NCBI GenBank assembly: GCA_965208105.1 | Contig: OZ242318.1 | Coordinates: forward strand, 2,464,001 to 2,528,000 | Source of the DNA: Candidatus Latescibacterota bacterium | GTDB lineage: Bacteria > Latescibacterota > UBA2968 > UBA8231 | Direction: 5' to 3' | Length of the DNA stretch: 64,000 nt | Part shown: positions 38,089 through 49,124 of the stretch, one piece after another | Numbering within the stretch: position 1 is the stretch's first letter | Layout: every line of letters begins with the position of its first letter | Made by a program: the position numbers and the translations under genes | The notes under the pieces: generated by a model | Database searches by the model: none | The model's input: only the letters and a program-made list of their open reading frames with translations | Told to the model about the DNA's origin: nothing

Positions 38089-39552
38089 TCAGTCCGCCTG
38101 TCCCGGGAACGAGGTCTCCTCACCGACCTGAAAGCCGAACAGGGTAGCCCGGTGGAGGTGGAACCGCACCTTCATCACGTGCCCCACCCTTCCCCCGGCG
38201 TCGCTGGTCTGGCCGGGGATTCCGCGCAGCTCCGGTCTCTCCCACCACAGGCGCAGGCGGCCGTCGGCTGCCGCGATCGATCCTGAGGCCGCGCGGTCCC
38301 AACCGGGCACCACGCTGCCGAACGGGTCCAGTATCTCCGCGCGCACGCTTCCCCCGGGGTCGACGTCGGCGACGGCCTGCACCCCCGTCTGCCCGTAGTT
38401 GCAGACCCACCGGGTCTCCACCACGCCGTCGTGATCCGCCCGCAGACCGCACAGGGCCTGCAGCGGCAGTCGCGCCAGGCCGGTGCGGCGGGTGGCGCCG
38501 ACGGTCTTGGGGTTCACCACCGGCGGCTTGGGCCCGCGCTTCAAGCGGTGGTGTCGGTCCACTCCGTTGTAGTAGACGAAGAGCTCCTCTCCCACGGGCA
38601 GCAGCCGCACGGGACAGACCTGCCCGCTGTCGAAGGAGCCTTCGGGACCGCGGGGAATCCACTCCGCCCGCGGCAGGGCGCGGTGAAAACTCCGTCCGTC
38701 CCGGGAGTACACCAGCTCGGTAGTCATGGGAGAGTCCTCCGGGTGGTCGTGAAAGACCCAGAGGGCGCCGACGTGGAAGGTGCCGACGACGGCCGTCGAC
38801 AGGGAGTAGAACTCGGTGAACTCGTCGTCCCCGGAGTCCGGGGTGAGGAGCATCTCCGGGGGGGTCCAGCGCAGAAAGTCGCCGCTTGTGCCGCGGCCGA
38901 CGAAGCGCCGCTTCGGCTGGGTGCGCGGTCGCAGGAACGCCACCCAGCTCCCGCTGTCCCGGTCCCGGTAGGGCTGCAGGCAGTTGGCGTCCGTGATCTC
39001 CTCGAACCCCATCACCAGGATCGGCTCCTCCGGCCATTCCAGGCCGTCACGGGAGAAGCTCACCGTCACCCCGGTGCCACCCCCTTCCGGGAGGCCGGCC
39101 GCGGCCCGGGTCGCGTGCTGGTAGCCCAGGGCTTTGTACCGCCGCCGCGGATCCGGGTCGTCCGGATCTTCGACGATGTTATGGAAGACCGAATCCCCGG
39201 CATCGACTTCCCGGATGATGTTGTTCTCCAGGCTCCCGGCAAAGGACAGCCGCCGGAGAGAAGGCCGTTCCCAGGTCAAGCCGTCACCGCTTTCCGCATA
39301 GCAGAGAAAGTGGCGCTCCGGCCCGTCGCCCTCGCCGGCGGGGCGGTCCGCGCCGCCGATGGAAGCGCGGTACCAGAGTCTGAAGCGACCGGAGGCCCGG
39401 TCGCGGAGCACCGCGTGGAAGGCGGAGCTGCCGGCGGTCTCCCACGGCATCTGCGGTTCCAGAATCGGGTCCGGCTCCTTCTTCGGGGAGCCGAGCACCC
39501 TGCGGACGCCGGCAGTTCGGTCGATGTCGTCGTCGTCGAAGAGCAGCTTCAT
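38089..39552 (-). CDS. Five-bladed beta-propeller glycoside-hydrolase-like protein
   Basis: [37 protein letters not shown] repeats. Confidence 0.7.
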   Translation of the reverse strand: MKLLFDDDDIDRTAGVRRVLGSPKKEPDPILEPQMPWETAGSSAFHAVLRDRASGRFRLWYRASIGGADRPAGEGDGPERHFLCYAESGDGLTWERPSLRRLSFAGSLENNIIREVDAGDSVFHNIVEDPDDPDPRRRYKALGYQHATRAAAGLPEGGGTGVTVSFSRDGLEWPEEPILVMGFEEITDANCLQPYRDRDSGSWVAFLRPRTQPKRRFVGRGTSGDFLRWTPPEMLLTPDSGDDEFTEFYSLSTAVVGTFHVGALWVFHDHPEDSPMTTELVYSRDGRSFHRALPRAEWIPRGPEGSFDSGQVCPVRLLPVGEELFVYYNGVDRHHRLKRGPKPPVVNPKTVGATRRTGLARLPLQALCGLRADHDGVVETRWVCNYGQTGVQAVADVDPGGSVRAEILDPFGSVVPGWDRAASGSIAAADGRLRLWWERPELRGIPGQTSDAGGRVGHVMKVRFHLHRATLFGFQVGEETSFPGQAD

Positions 39553-39656
39553 GGGGCGAGTTTCTCGATCAGCTCGAGCGGAGAAAGGACCAGATGGGTG
39601 GTCCCGTCTGCCCATGGCTCACGGCCGGCTAATGTCTTTGCCTGCGCGCATCTGGA

Positions 39657-40199
39657 TCAACGATTCCGGGCTCGTTCGAGGACCGGTCGGTAATATTCGA
39701 GGTCCGGGACTTTCATGTCAGGGATTTTGCCAGCCTCGTCGTAGAGGCGCAGTTGGATGGCTCGTTCGAAGTATGGGTTGGCTTCAAATTCGCGCGCCTC
39801 CTCCTCTTTGAACGGGCCTCCCTGTACCTCGAGACTGAGCATCGAGGCAGGTGAAACAGTCTCCAGATACTCTGCGTCCGTTGCCACAAGATACCGCTTG
39901 GCCGCGACATGCAGGCGCATCGGTTCGATCACCTCAGGAGGGAAGTGATCGCGCAGCGCTTCGGCTCCCAACTCTTCATGAGTCGCGTCAATACCTCTTT
40001 CGGCGACATCTTCGCCAAGGTCATGTACGAAATGGCCGTAGTCATGCAAGAATGCCGCTGCAATCATCAAATCGTCGGCCCCATCACGCTCGGCAGCTAC
40101 CGCCGTCTGTAGGCTGTGAGCGACAATGGTCACCCGCTCTCCATATTCCGCCTGGGCATTCTTCCGCATGCTGTCAAAAATCTCGTCGATGATGGACAT
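39657..40199 (-). CDS. tmpB: HD-domain phosphonate C-P cleaving dioxygenase (TmpB/PhnZ family)
   Basis: YGERV...HSLQTA, AAFLHDYGH, HEELGA, LHVAAKRYL, SL.VQGGPF, LRLYDE.GK. Confidence 0.8.
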   Translation of the reverse strand: MSIIDEIFDSMRKNAQAEYGERVTIVAHSLQTAVAAERDGADDLMIAAAFLHDYGHFVHDLGEDVAERGIDATHEELGAEALRDHFPPEVIEPMRLHVAAKRYLVATDAEYLETVSPASMLSLEVQGGPFKEEEAREFEANPYFERAIQLRLYDEAGKIPDMKVPDLEYYRPVLERARNR

Positions 40200-40209
40200 C
40201 CTGTCTCCC

Positions 40210-41316
40210 TTATTCTCTATCCAGCACAGCCAGCTTGCTTAGCAGGCTGTCAATGTCCGCATAGCAACCCTGAAAATGGCGATCGCCTGCGCTTTGATAG
40301 CCGATGCGGCCATGGAGAATTCGCTGATTGTCGAAAAGCACCCCATCGCCAGGACCCATTTTGAAAGTGACCTTGAAGCGCTCGTCTTCCAACATGCCCG
40401 CGAACGCGTGATAGGCGGCATAGAATGCCGGCATCTTCTCCGTTTCGACGTAGAACGCCTGTATTGATCGATTGTTGAAATGAATGCCAACGACCTCGCC
40501 GCGAGGGTTGGTCTGGATTATCGTCGTTTCTTGATGTAGGTCGGTGTCCTCACTACTAAAGCGGAAGGTGACCAATGTTGAGGTCAGCAGGGCAAACTGG
40601 TCCGGTGCCTCCTGACGTAACGCTTCCGCCGCGCGAAAACCATCAACCAGGGTACTGTCGCCTCCAGCAACGCAATTGCTCAACACATGCAACATCTGCA
40701 GTGTCGGAACGGGACGACGATAGGGGTTGTCGGTGTGACCGGCGAGCGGTGCGCTCGTATAGGCGAGATTATTCGGGTTGGCCACCACCTCTATGTCGAA
40801 GTAGGGACCATAATTTGTATGGCGCACGTAACCAAACAGGTCTATCACCTTGAACAGCGACTCAGATTCGACAGGAATCTCCGCTATCGTGGCAAAGCCG
40901 TAATCGCGCACATGAGCCAGCATCTCTCGTAAATAACTATCGTCCTTCGTCAATTGTGGAAGCACAAAGGGCAGCTTGGGAAACGTTGCCGCATCCCACA
41001 ACCGCTTGTGGCTGCGACGGGCCTCCATCTCTGACCGCTCATAGGCGTTGGACCGCAGCCATTCGGGGGTGAACTCCGTCACGTGCCCGTCGTTGGCCCA
41101 CTCTATTTTGACGGTTTCGCCTACAGTGACGCTGTTTGCTCTTAGATCAAGCGGGATCGACAGAGTATCAACGAGTTTCTGTCCATTGGCATGCCGGTTC
41201 TCGGGGGCGTTGTCTCTGAGCCAGATATAGTGGAAGATACTGCGATGGCCGTCTTCCCACTCAATGACAAGCTGGTTTTGTTCCGCGCTATGACCAACAA
41301 TGACGTTTTCGCTCAC
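40210..41316 (-). CDS. tmpA: TauD/gamma-butyrobetaine-hydroxylase family Fe/2OG dioxygenase, likely TmpA
   Basis: WLRDNA, NLAYT..HTDNPYR, GGDSTLVDGF, FDNQRILHGR, RHFQGCYAD; directly upstream of the HD-domain gene. Confidence 0.75.
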   Translation of the reverse strand: MSENVIVGHSAEQNQLVIEWEDGHRSIFHYIWLRDNAPENRHANGQKLVDTLSIPLDLRANSVTVGETVKIEWANDGHVTEFTPEWLRSNAYERSEMEARRSHKRLWDAATFPKLPFVLPQLTKDDSYLREMLAHVRDYGFATIAEIPVESESLFKVIDLFGYVRHTNYGPYFDIEVVANPNNLAYTSAPLAGHTDNPYRRPVPTLQMLHVLSNCVAGGDSTLVDGFRAAEALRQEAPDQFALLTSTLVTFRFSSEDTDLHQETTIIQTNPRGEVVGIHFNNRSIQAFYVETEKMPAFYAAYHAFAGMLEDERFKVTFKMGPGDGVLFDNQRILHGRIGYQSAGDRHFQGCYADIDSLLSKLAVLDRE

Positions 41317-41427
41317 CTATAGCCTCCTCAAGTGTGCAGGTCGGTTGACCTCGCCGCTCGCGGACAGAGACACACAATGCGGCACGGCGCGCGACCCGAT
41401 CAATCAATGTCTTGTCCGACAGAGAAC

Positions 41428-41529
41428 TCACCATTCTTGCGAAAGGTTGGACTCCCTGCCCAACTCTCCCCGTACCGCGTCCAAGGCGACGGAGTTTCCG
41501 TGTATATCAGCAATGAGCGCCAATTTCAT
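41428..41529 (-). pseudogene. 5' fragment of a metallophosphoesterase
   Basis: MKLALIADIHGNSVALDAV then an early stop. Confidence 0.6.
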
Positions 41530-41631
41530 TGTATCAACCTCGAAAAACCGATCTGGACGAACACTTCTATTCGTTTTCACGGTTTGGGGAACCGCGAAGC
41601 TGTTGCGGAAGGCTAAAGTACGTCAGCGGCT

Positions 41632-42039
41632 TCACGACTTGCTCAGATTCATCGTTGCACCATGAGCCATCTCAAAGCCATGCCGCTCGTAAAATGGGAC
41701 AGTGTCTTCTCGACAACGTAACAGAACCTGCTGGATTCCGATTTCTGTAAGACGTTCCACGAGCCGCCGCATCAGCTCCGAACCGATGCCCATACCACGT
41801 TTTGACTCCTCCACCACCACATCATCAATCAAGGCGCGATAGATTCCATCGCTAATAGCTCGTGCAAACCCAACGAGGTGGTCATCTTCCCAAACGCCCA
41901 AGATTACAGCAGTTCCTTCGAGCATCGTGTGAATTTGCTCGGAGTTTCTGTCTTTTGCCCAAGCTGTTTGCCGGAGCAGGACCTGCAATTGCTCAGGTTT
42001 GATGGACCGTTCAAAAGAATATTCCACTGCGCGGAGCAT
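41632..42039 (-). CDS. GNAT family acetyltransferase
   Basis: LVGFARAISDG, IDDVVV..KRGMGIG, FYERHGF. Confidence 0.9.
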   Translation of the reverse strand: MLRAVEYSFERSIKPEQLQVLLRQTAWAKDRNSEQIHTMLEGTAVILGVWEDDHLVGFARAISDGIYRALIDDVVVEESKRGMGIGSELMRRLVERLTEIGIQQVLLRCREDTVPFYERHGFEMAHGATMNLSKS

Positions 42040-43550
42040 CCCCTTGCCTACGTCTGGCTAACGTGTGTATACCGAAATGAAGCGCAGGTTAATAGTCTAT
42101 ACCCCTCACTCCTTATCAAAGCGAGGGTGCGAAACCCAATAGACTTTTTCATCCCTGGCGCACCTTTGCACCGGCGACCAATGGGCCCCTTGTATGCCGC
42201 CATTGAAACGGCAGACTCTTACACTTCGTCGGGTCGCCGCCGGCTACACTGTTCCTGGCGAACGCTTGATCTTCCCGTGACTTTACTCGGCGTTGCGGCT
42301 AGAAAACTCCGCCATCTCCTGGAACGAACCCTTGAGCTGCGGATACAGAGAACGATACATCTCGAAGGCGCGTTCATACACCTTGTGAGATTGAGGGTTC
42401 GGATCTGTTGAACCGGTAACGACGATCGTGGCTGCCGCAGCCTCGGCTGCATTCCTGAACACCCCGGCGCCGATCCCTGCCAGCATCGCCGCTCCAAAGG
42501 CGGCCCCCTGCGTCGCATTGGTCGTGACGATCTGCGCATCGAAAACGTCCGCCAGCATCTGCCGCCACAGCCGGCTCTCCGAAGCGCCGCCCGATGCGTA
42601 GATGCGCTGAATCTCCATGCCGAGGCTACGGATGATCTGCAGGAGATCGTACAGACCGAAGGTGATGCCTTCCATTACAGCCCGGACCAGATGCGAAAGC
42701 GAATGCCGCTGCGTCAATCCAATCCAGCCTCCGCGGGCAAGAGGATCGTCGTACGGCATCCGTTCGCCACTCAAATAGGGCAGAAAAATCAGCCCGTCGC
42801 TGCCTGGAGATACATGGTCGGCAAGCCCGGTCAGCTGATCGAAGCTGATCTGCCCGTGCGCGCTCAAGGTGTCCCTGAGCCACTGGAACGAGCCGCCGGC
42901 CGAGAGCATGACACCCATCACGTACCATTGATGACGCACACTGTGGCAGAACGCATGCAGCAGCCCGTCGGGGTGGCGGATATGCCGATCGGCCTGGGCG
43001 AATACGACGCCGGATGTTCCGACGGTTACCGAACAGAGCCCGGGTTCGACGATCCCGCAGCCCAACGACTGAGCAGGTTGGTCGCCCGCCCCGCCTACCA
43101 CCGGCGTCCCCTGCAATAGCCCGGTCGCGGCCGCCGCCTCAGAGCTCACCTCGCCAACTACCTCATCGGATTCCACGCAGCGCGGCAGCCACTCTCTTGG
43201 CATGTCCAGCGCACTGACCATAACATCGGACCAGGCGCGCCGCTCCATATTGAGAAGACAGGTTCCGGATGCGTCGGAAACCTCGGTCGCGACGTTGCCG
43301 GTCAGCATATAGGTGATGTAATCTTTGGGCAGCAGAACATGCCGAACTTGGGCGTAGACCTCGGGCTCGTGGCGCCGCACCCACTCCAGCTTTGGCGCCA
43401 CAAAGGAAGCAAACAACGGATTGCTGGTCTCGGCGAGAATCGTCTCCAGGCCGATCTGCGCGGTCAGGTCTTCGGCCTCGTCGACACTGCGCTGATCGTT
43501 CCACATGATACAGGGGCGGAGGATGTTCCCGTCGCGGTCGAGCAGCACTA

Positions 43551-44706
43551 GTGCTCTGTTAAGGATTCAGGCTTGTACTTTTTCGTACATGTTGGTATCA
43601 TGGGGACCTATGTCCATTTTTCTGGGAGGGTCCTGCCATGTGCCTCCATGCTCGAACACCGGATGCTGCCGAATCGAAAGAACTGGGCCGATGGCTGAAG
43701 CGGCCACGCAATGCCGTACAGATGCGACGAGGGCAATTGATCTCCCTCAGTGCCCAGGGTATGCGGGTCCAGGAGCTGTCGGCGACGCTGCATCTGCACG
43801 AGGAATACATCCGCTCCCTGGTCCGACGATACAACGAGGAAGGGCTGGCGTCGCTTCGCACGCGAGCCCACCCGGGGCGCACCCCAGCGCTGACGCCCGA
43901 AGACGAGTCCGTGGTGGTGGAGATCGCCAAGATGCCCCCTCGGGCTTTCGGCCAACCCTTCAACCAGTGGTCGCTGCGCAAGCTGACCGACTGTCTGGTC
44001 GGGCGCAAGATGATCCCCAAGGTCTCGCACGTGACCATCGCCAAGGTCTTGGACCGGCATAAGGTCACCTACCAACGTACCCGCACCTGGAAGGAGTCGA
44101 AGGATCCGGATTTCTCCTCGAAAAAAAACGCATCGACCGCCTCTACCGGCGTGCGCCGAAGGACTCGGTCGTAGTCTGCTTCGACGAAATGGGGCCCGTG
44201 CAGATCAAGCCCCATGCCGGCTCCTCCTGGGCGCCGCAGAAGCACCCGGTGCGGCACCGAGCCACCTACACCCGGCACGCCGGGGTCAGCTATTTCTTCG
44301 GCGCCTACAACGTCCACGAGGACGTCCTGTGGATGCATCACAAGCGAAAGAAGCACGCCTCGGAGGTGCTCACTTTCCTCAAGGCCATCCGGCACCGCTA
44401 CCGCAAGGCCCAACGCATCTACCTCGTTCTGGACAATTTGTCGACGCACGCGACCCCAAAGATTCGGCAATGGTGTCGGCAGCATCGAGTCTCCCTCGTC
44501 TTCACCGCTACCAACGCCTCCTGGATGAACCGTCTCGAATGCCATCTGACCGCCGCCCACTACTTCGTCATCAAGAACAGCGACCCAAGGGACCATCGAG
44601 ACATCGGCCAGCGCATGCAGGAATACCTCGTATGGAGAAATCGAAACCAGGACGATGCCAAGCTCGCCAAAATACAAAATTCAATGCCCACTCTTTAACA
44701 GCGCAC
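43551..44706 (+). mobile_element. IS630-family insertion sequence
   Basis: TIRs GTGCTCTGTTAA/TTAACAGCGCAC, TA duplication at CTAG; HTH orf and DDE orf linked by an A8 slippery run at 44121-44128. Confidence 0.92.
43638..44698 (+). CDS. IS630 transposase, frameshifted (HTH part 43638..44174; DDE part to 44698)
   Basis: WSLRKL, RTRTWKESKDPDF.SKK; then CFDEMGP, LVLDNLSTH, FTATNASWMNRLE. Confidence 0.88.
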
Positions 44707-45302
44707 TAGACCGACCATCTGACCGGACACCCCGACGCCTTTGATCTGGCTGTTTTTCGTTCCCGACGCGTCCAGCGCCCTCTTCACCCCGGCACAGCCT
44801 GCGTCCCACCAGTCGGCCGGTTGCTGCTCGGACCATAGCGGGCCCGGAGTGCTGGTTTCGTATTCCTCGGTCACATTCGCCGATATGGAGCCGTTCTCCT
44901 CCAGCAGGATGACTTTTGCCCCCGTCGTACCAATGTCGATTCCCAGTAGACTCAATCTTTTCCCCCCTCTGTCGATCTCAGGCCCCCGGATTCTCGCACT
45001 TCCAGCGTCAGGCCGCCGTATGACGCAGCGCGCCCTTTCCAGCCTATCTTGATTCTACACCTTCCCACCCATCAGAATCGCCACCGCCTGCGGGACGGCC
45101 TCGAGAACGGCGGCAGAATTGCGTTTTCCCGGATCCAGAAGTCCGACTCGGGCGCCGCCCAAGCTGGTCAAGCGGATTGCGGGTTCGGTTCCTGACATAG
45201 CACCGCTCCTTACGTTGGGAGTGTTCGGGTCGCGCTTCGCGACAAATATGGTGAATGATGCAGCGATAGCAAATCCAAATCAATATCGCCTTTTCCACCT
45301 CC

Positions 45303-45410
45303 AGCTATCGCCGCCGGAGCGGCATTGATCATCTCATCAGCTGACCAGGTCAGGCGATGTGAGCCTGGAATCACACACGTGCCACCATCGGCAGGACCGA
45401 CGTCGGTCAA
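45303..45410 (-). pseudogene. PhyH-like dioxygenase fragment
   Basis: ALTDVGPADGGTCVIPGSHRL; boundaries approximate. Confidence 0.55.
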
Positions 45411-45580
45411 AGCGGCAGTTGGTGCTCGAAGGTTCGGGCTTGCTGGAGAAAGGTTTCCAGATGCCCGGCGAGGATCTGGTAGAGGGGCTCCTTTTCCGGT
45501 TGGCGGCGGCGGTACGCGGGGGTGCGGATAAGTGCTGTGGCCGGCATGGTATCGGTCCAACAGCAATGGCCGGACCACCC
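45410..45580 (-). mobile_element. ISCR/IS91-like remnant R9 (transposase N-terminus, ATG 45547)
   Basis: MPATALIRTPAYRRRQPEKEPLYQILAGHLETFLQQA resembles the ISCR transposase start motif YxRRxPExxxLYxxV..H..TF. Confidence 0.7.
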
Positions 45581-45589
45581 GTGCTCGCG

Positions 45590-45784
45590 TCCGTTGTATT
45601 CCGGCACCACATATCGTTCAAGGTTGGCAATGTCGACCGCAGCGCAGGCGAGCTCAGGGGAGCGGGCGTGGACATTGCCGTCGAGCCCTTCGACGCGGAG
45701 GGGACCGATATCCGCCTGAGCTTCTTCAACGGCCCGAATGACGTACTCCTACAGCTCTTTCAACGTGAGTCCGATCCCGCCTGA
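45590..45784 (+). pseudogene. 3' fragment of a VOC/glyoxalase-family gene
   Basis: HHISFKVGNVD...LRGAGV...RLSFFNGPNDVLLQLFQ*. Confidence 0.6.
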
Positions 45785-45819
45785 AGGGACCTCTTCTTAC
45801 TCCAAAGTCGGCAAAAACG

Positions 45820-45857
45820 AATAAAAGAAACCGTACGCCCGGCGGCGTACGGTTTCT
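45820..45857 (-). terminator. Intrinsic terminator of the serpin gene
   Basis: 14-bp stem AGAAACCGTACGCC/GGCGTACGGTTTCT with a T-tract on the minus strand. Confidence 0.75.
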
Positions 45858-45892
45858 CACTGGCGTCTCCGCATTGGCCAAGGACGCAGTGA

Positions 45893-47221
45893 TTATTTCC
45901 GCGGATCCATCACGCGTCCGACAAACAGGATCGCATCCGTGGCATTGTCCCTTATGAGGAAGATGAACGGCCGGTCGGCCGTGAAGGCCGGCGGCAACGA
46001 GGTGACACCGATCGTCCCGCCCGTGGCCGCGCCTGCCTCGGTACCCCGTTCGTCCAGCTTTACAAACGCCTTGTGAACGACCGCCGAAAGGTAGAGGCCC
46101 TTCCCATCGGCCATCCCGGAAAAGTCCGCTGATTCGGAGTCGAAGGCGTTGGTCATCCCCATACCGTCGAGCGTATCGGCCAACCTGAATTCAGACGTGA
46201 ACTCGAAGGACGGTACGGAAAGCCTGAGGCGGATGGGTCTCATTCGCTTCGAAATCTCACTGACGAGATCCGCGCTCAACGCGTCTTCGAACTGGTCGTA
46301 TTTGCCCTTAGCCGGGAGGAGGATGATCAGCGACGCCTCCTCGCCGGCGTAAAGTAATTCCACGGCCTGGATCTGGTGCGTTTCGTGCAGCGCGTAGTTG
46401 AAGGTCTCCGTCTGGCGCATCATCGGTACGTCGACCCGATTGCCGCCTGGCAATTGGAATGGTTCACTCGACGTCCGTCTCTCGTCGAAAGGGAGGTGCC
46501 AGGCCGAATTGAAATAAATGGCATTTGTCAGTACCAGCCTCGTCAGGTGGTCGATGACGCCCTGTGGAATCAGGTCCTGGATTGTTTCCTCGGTCCTTTC
46601 CGCGACCCAGTCGTTGATGGCCGTACGCGACGCCTCCGGATTCTCCACGAATTCCACCGCACGCATGCCGGCGCCGTAGTTTTCGGCCAGTGTGTCGAGA
46701 AAGCGCGGCAGAAACGCGTACCCCTTCTGTCCCCATATGGAATTCGCGATGTTCAACCGGAATTCGCCACGCTCCTGGCTTCCGCTGTTTTCGCCGCGGG
46801 ATGAAAGCGCGAGGTCAAGGACGTTGAAGGCGGGGTGCAGCTGATCCGGAGGAAGCTGAAAACGAAGGACCTCCTCCATCTGCCGCGCCGTCTCGCCTCT
46901 CGCACCGGCGTACATCATGGCCAGCGCCACGGAGATGCTGTGCGGCGAATAGAACAGGTTCCCTTCCCGCTCTCGCAGTGTGCCGTATAGGTCCAGCGCG
47001 AACGCGCTGTTTCCCCGCACGAGATCGTCCAGCTTCACGTCCGACGCGGACAGAGAGGTCTTTCGCGCCTTTTCAGACCGCAGCACTTCGGTCGACTGGC
47101 CTTCCCTTTCATCCTCCGTCTCGTCAACTGGCGACTTCCCTCCGCATCCCGGTTGGGCGGTGATCACTGCGACAGCAAGTACAGGTACAAGCATCGATTG
47201 AAACAACACAGAAGATCTCAT
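45893..47221 (-). CDS. Serpin (serine protease inhibitor), probable lipoprotein
   Basis: NLFYSPHSI, LVLTNAIYF, hinge ERGTEAGAAT, FTADRPFIFLI, ILFVGRVMDP. Confidence 0.95.
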   Translation of the reverse strand: MRSSVLFQSMLVPVLAVAVITAQPGCGGKSPVDETEDEREGQSTEVLRSEKARKTSLSASDVKLDDLVRGNSAFALDLYGTLREREGNLFYSPHSISVALAMMYAGARGETARQMEEVLRFQLPPDQLHPAFNVLDLALSSRGENSGSQERGEFRLNIANSIWGQKGYAFLPRFLDTLAENYGAGMRAVEFVENPEASRTAINDWVAERTEETIQDLIPQGVIDHLTRLVLTNAIYFNSAWHLPFDERRTSSEPFQLPGGNRVDVPMMRQTETFNYALHETHQIQAVELLYAGEEASLIILLPAKGKYDQFEDALSADLVSEISKRMRPIRLRLSVPSFEFTSEFRLADTLDGMGMTNAFDSESADFSGMADGKGLYLSAVVHKAFVKLDERGTEAGAATGGTIGVTSLPPAFTADRPFIFLIRDNATDAILFVGRVMDPRK

Positions 47222-47456
47222 GCGAGTTGGCCCTCTCTTCGATCTGTCTGTTTCGGGCTGAGAGATGATGGGAGGGATCGTCTTAGCGGACGGGGATCCA
47301 GGTGCCTCAATGGGTCGCTGATGGATTCTTGTGCAATCCTTATCCCGAACACAACTACGGGTCATTGGTATTGGACGCCTGGCGCGGCGGAGAGTTGCCG
47401 ATTGTGGTGCGAGACGGGGGCTTCATCCGTCGAGATCAACTGTCGTAGCACGAAAG

Positions 47457-47851
47457 TATAGGTAAAACGAGGCACCTTTTTGGCCCTCTTGTCAATGCGC
47501 CGAACACACCCAAGGGGCAGGGTAAGCTTGCTGATGATCGTTTGCAGGTCGTTGGGCAGGGCTCGCAGTACGGTTTGGTTGTCTGTGGGCCCGTATCGGG
47601 TCCAATCCGGTACTCGATGAGGCCCTTCAGGACGCACTCCTCCCTACGGCTCTCGGCGCAGGGAGCGAATCGCGGATGAGATCAGGCGGCGAACTCGAAC
47701 TGCGGCTGCGGCGGGGCCCTCGGCGGAGGCACCGCCGGCAGCCCTACCCCCTCCAGATAGGTCCGGATCGGTCAGGGCGGGGGGACCAGAGCCGCCAGCT
47801 TCTCCAGCAGTTCCATCGGAGAGAGCAGGAGATGGCGGGTCCCATCCGACC
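47457..47851 (-). mobile_element. ISCR/IS91-like remnant R6
   Basis: oriIS end, transposase C-terminus (YLEGVGLPAVPPPRAPPQPQFEFAA*) and SDGTRHLLLSPMELLEKLAALVPP segment. Confidence 0.85.
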
Positions 47852-49063
47852 GACAATCAAAACCGGAAGGAAAGCAACGACCAGGGCTCCCGCCACCGAA
47901 TTCCGGAGAAACCGGTAGTCGCGGCTTCCGAACAGAATCCCGTCCTAGACAAAGGTGAGTGCGTTGAAGGGCGCCGTTACGATAATGATCCACCAGTACT
48001 GATCGATGATCGTCGTCAGCGAGGTGTCGTTGGTGAAGATCATCTGGATTGGGCGCGCGCCTGCGTAGAATAGAAGAGAAAACGCCGCTCCTGTGACAAA
48101 ACCGATCAGCAGTAGACGTTTGCCAAGCGTTTGCCATTTGTCTGGACGGCCTGCGCCAAGAAATTTGCCGCCAAGCGACGTTGCTGTCACGGCAATTCCA
48201 TCCACGAAGAACGAGGTGAACACCCACACCTGAAGGCCGATCTGGTGCGCCGCGACGACGTCGGATCCAAGTCGCGTCGCAATGGACGTGGCGATGAAGT
48301 ACGACCCGGTCAAACATCCGGTGCGAACGAACATGTGTAACGCTTCAACGCCGAAACTCAAGATTTCGGCGAATTCGAATCGCACCTTCTCGAGCACGGC
48401 GGAAGTGGCGTTGTTCTTCACCAGCCAGCCAAGCCCCAGCAACGTCGCGAGTGCAAACGACCCCGTAGTACCAACGGTGGCGCCGATGAGCCCCGTATTC
48501 ATGATGTAGAGGGCGAACCAGGTGGTGAAGATGTTGCTCACCGTTAGCACGGCAATGAGCGCAAACGAGAAGGGGATGCGCTGCAAGCCTCGAAGGATGC
48601 CGAGCAGAGCCGTGGTTATCATCACGAATGGCACCCCCAAACAACGCACCGAGTAGTACGGGTACGCCAATGCGACCAGTTCGTCAGAGGCTCCCATTAC
48701 GTGGACAAAAAGCGGCGCCCGGATCGCGTACAGGAGTGCGCCGACCAGGACACCGAGGACCAGTGCCGTCGAGAGCGCTAGACGAATCTGCATCCCAAGT
48801 AGCTTGCGGTCCCCCGCGCCGACGGCCTGCGCGACCCGGGCGTTGACGGTGTAGACCAGAAAGTTGAATGCCCAGGAGAACGTCGTGAGCACACTGACCG
48901 AGACCGCCAACCCGGCAAGCCACATGGTGTCTTTGCGACCGACCAGTGCCGTGTCCACCATGGCCGCGACAGGTTCCAGCGCGACCGATAGGATCGCGGG
49001 CAGTGAAATTCTTATGAGATGGGAATAGCTGAGCTCAGACGGTGAGGAGCAAGTAGCGGTCAT
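47852..49063 (-). pseudogene. MATE/DinF-family efflux transporter with a premature stop and 3' truncation
   Basis: VDTALVG, GILRGLQ, AAHQI. After the TAG at 47945 the frame continues DGILFGSRDYRFLR until R6 cuts it. Confidence 0.8.
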
Positions 49064-49124
49064 TCGAGCCCATCGATGTGTCGCTGATTGTCTCTTGGAC
49101 CGAATGGACGTGGGGGCTGTGCCG

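Larger units (their letters stand above)
42283..44955 (-). pseudogene. xylB: Xylulokinase (FGGY kinase) interrupted by IS630
   Basis: 5' part LLGIDIGTT...SGQMVGL (44955-44706) and 3' part VLLD...WNDQR, SDASGT, GAGDQ, GTSGV, LPYLSGER (43551-42283) rejoin in frame once the IS is removed. Confidence 0.9.

Noticed and set aside
45055-45198. 47-aa ORF resembling a collapsed UGSC-like protein
   Set aside because: It has an RBS but the similarity is too short to call without a search.
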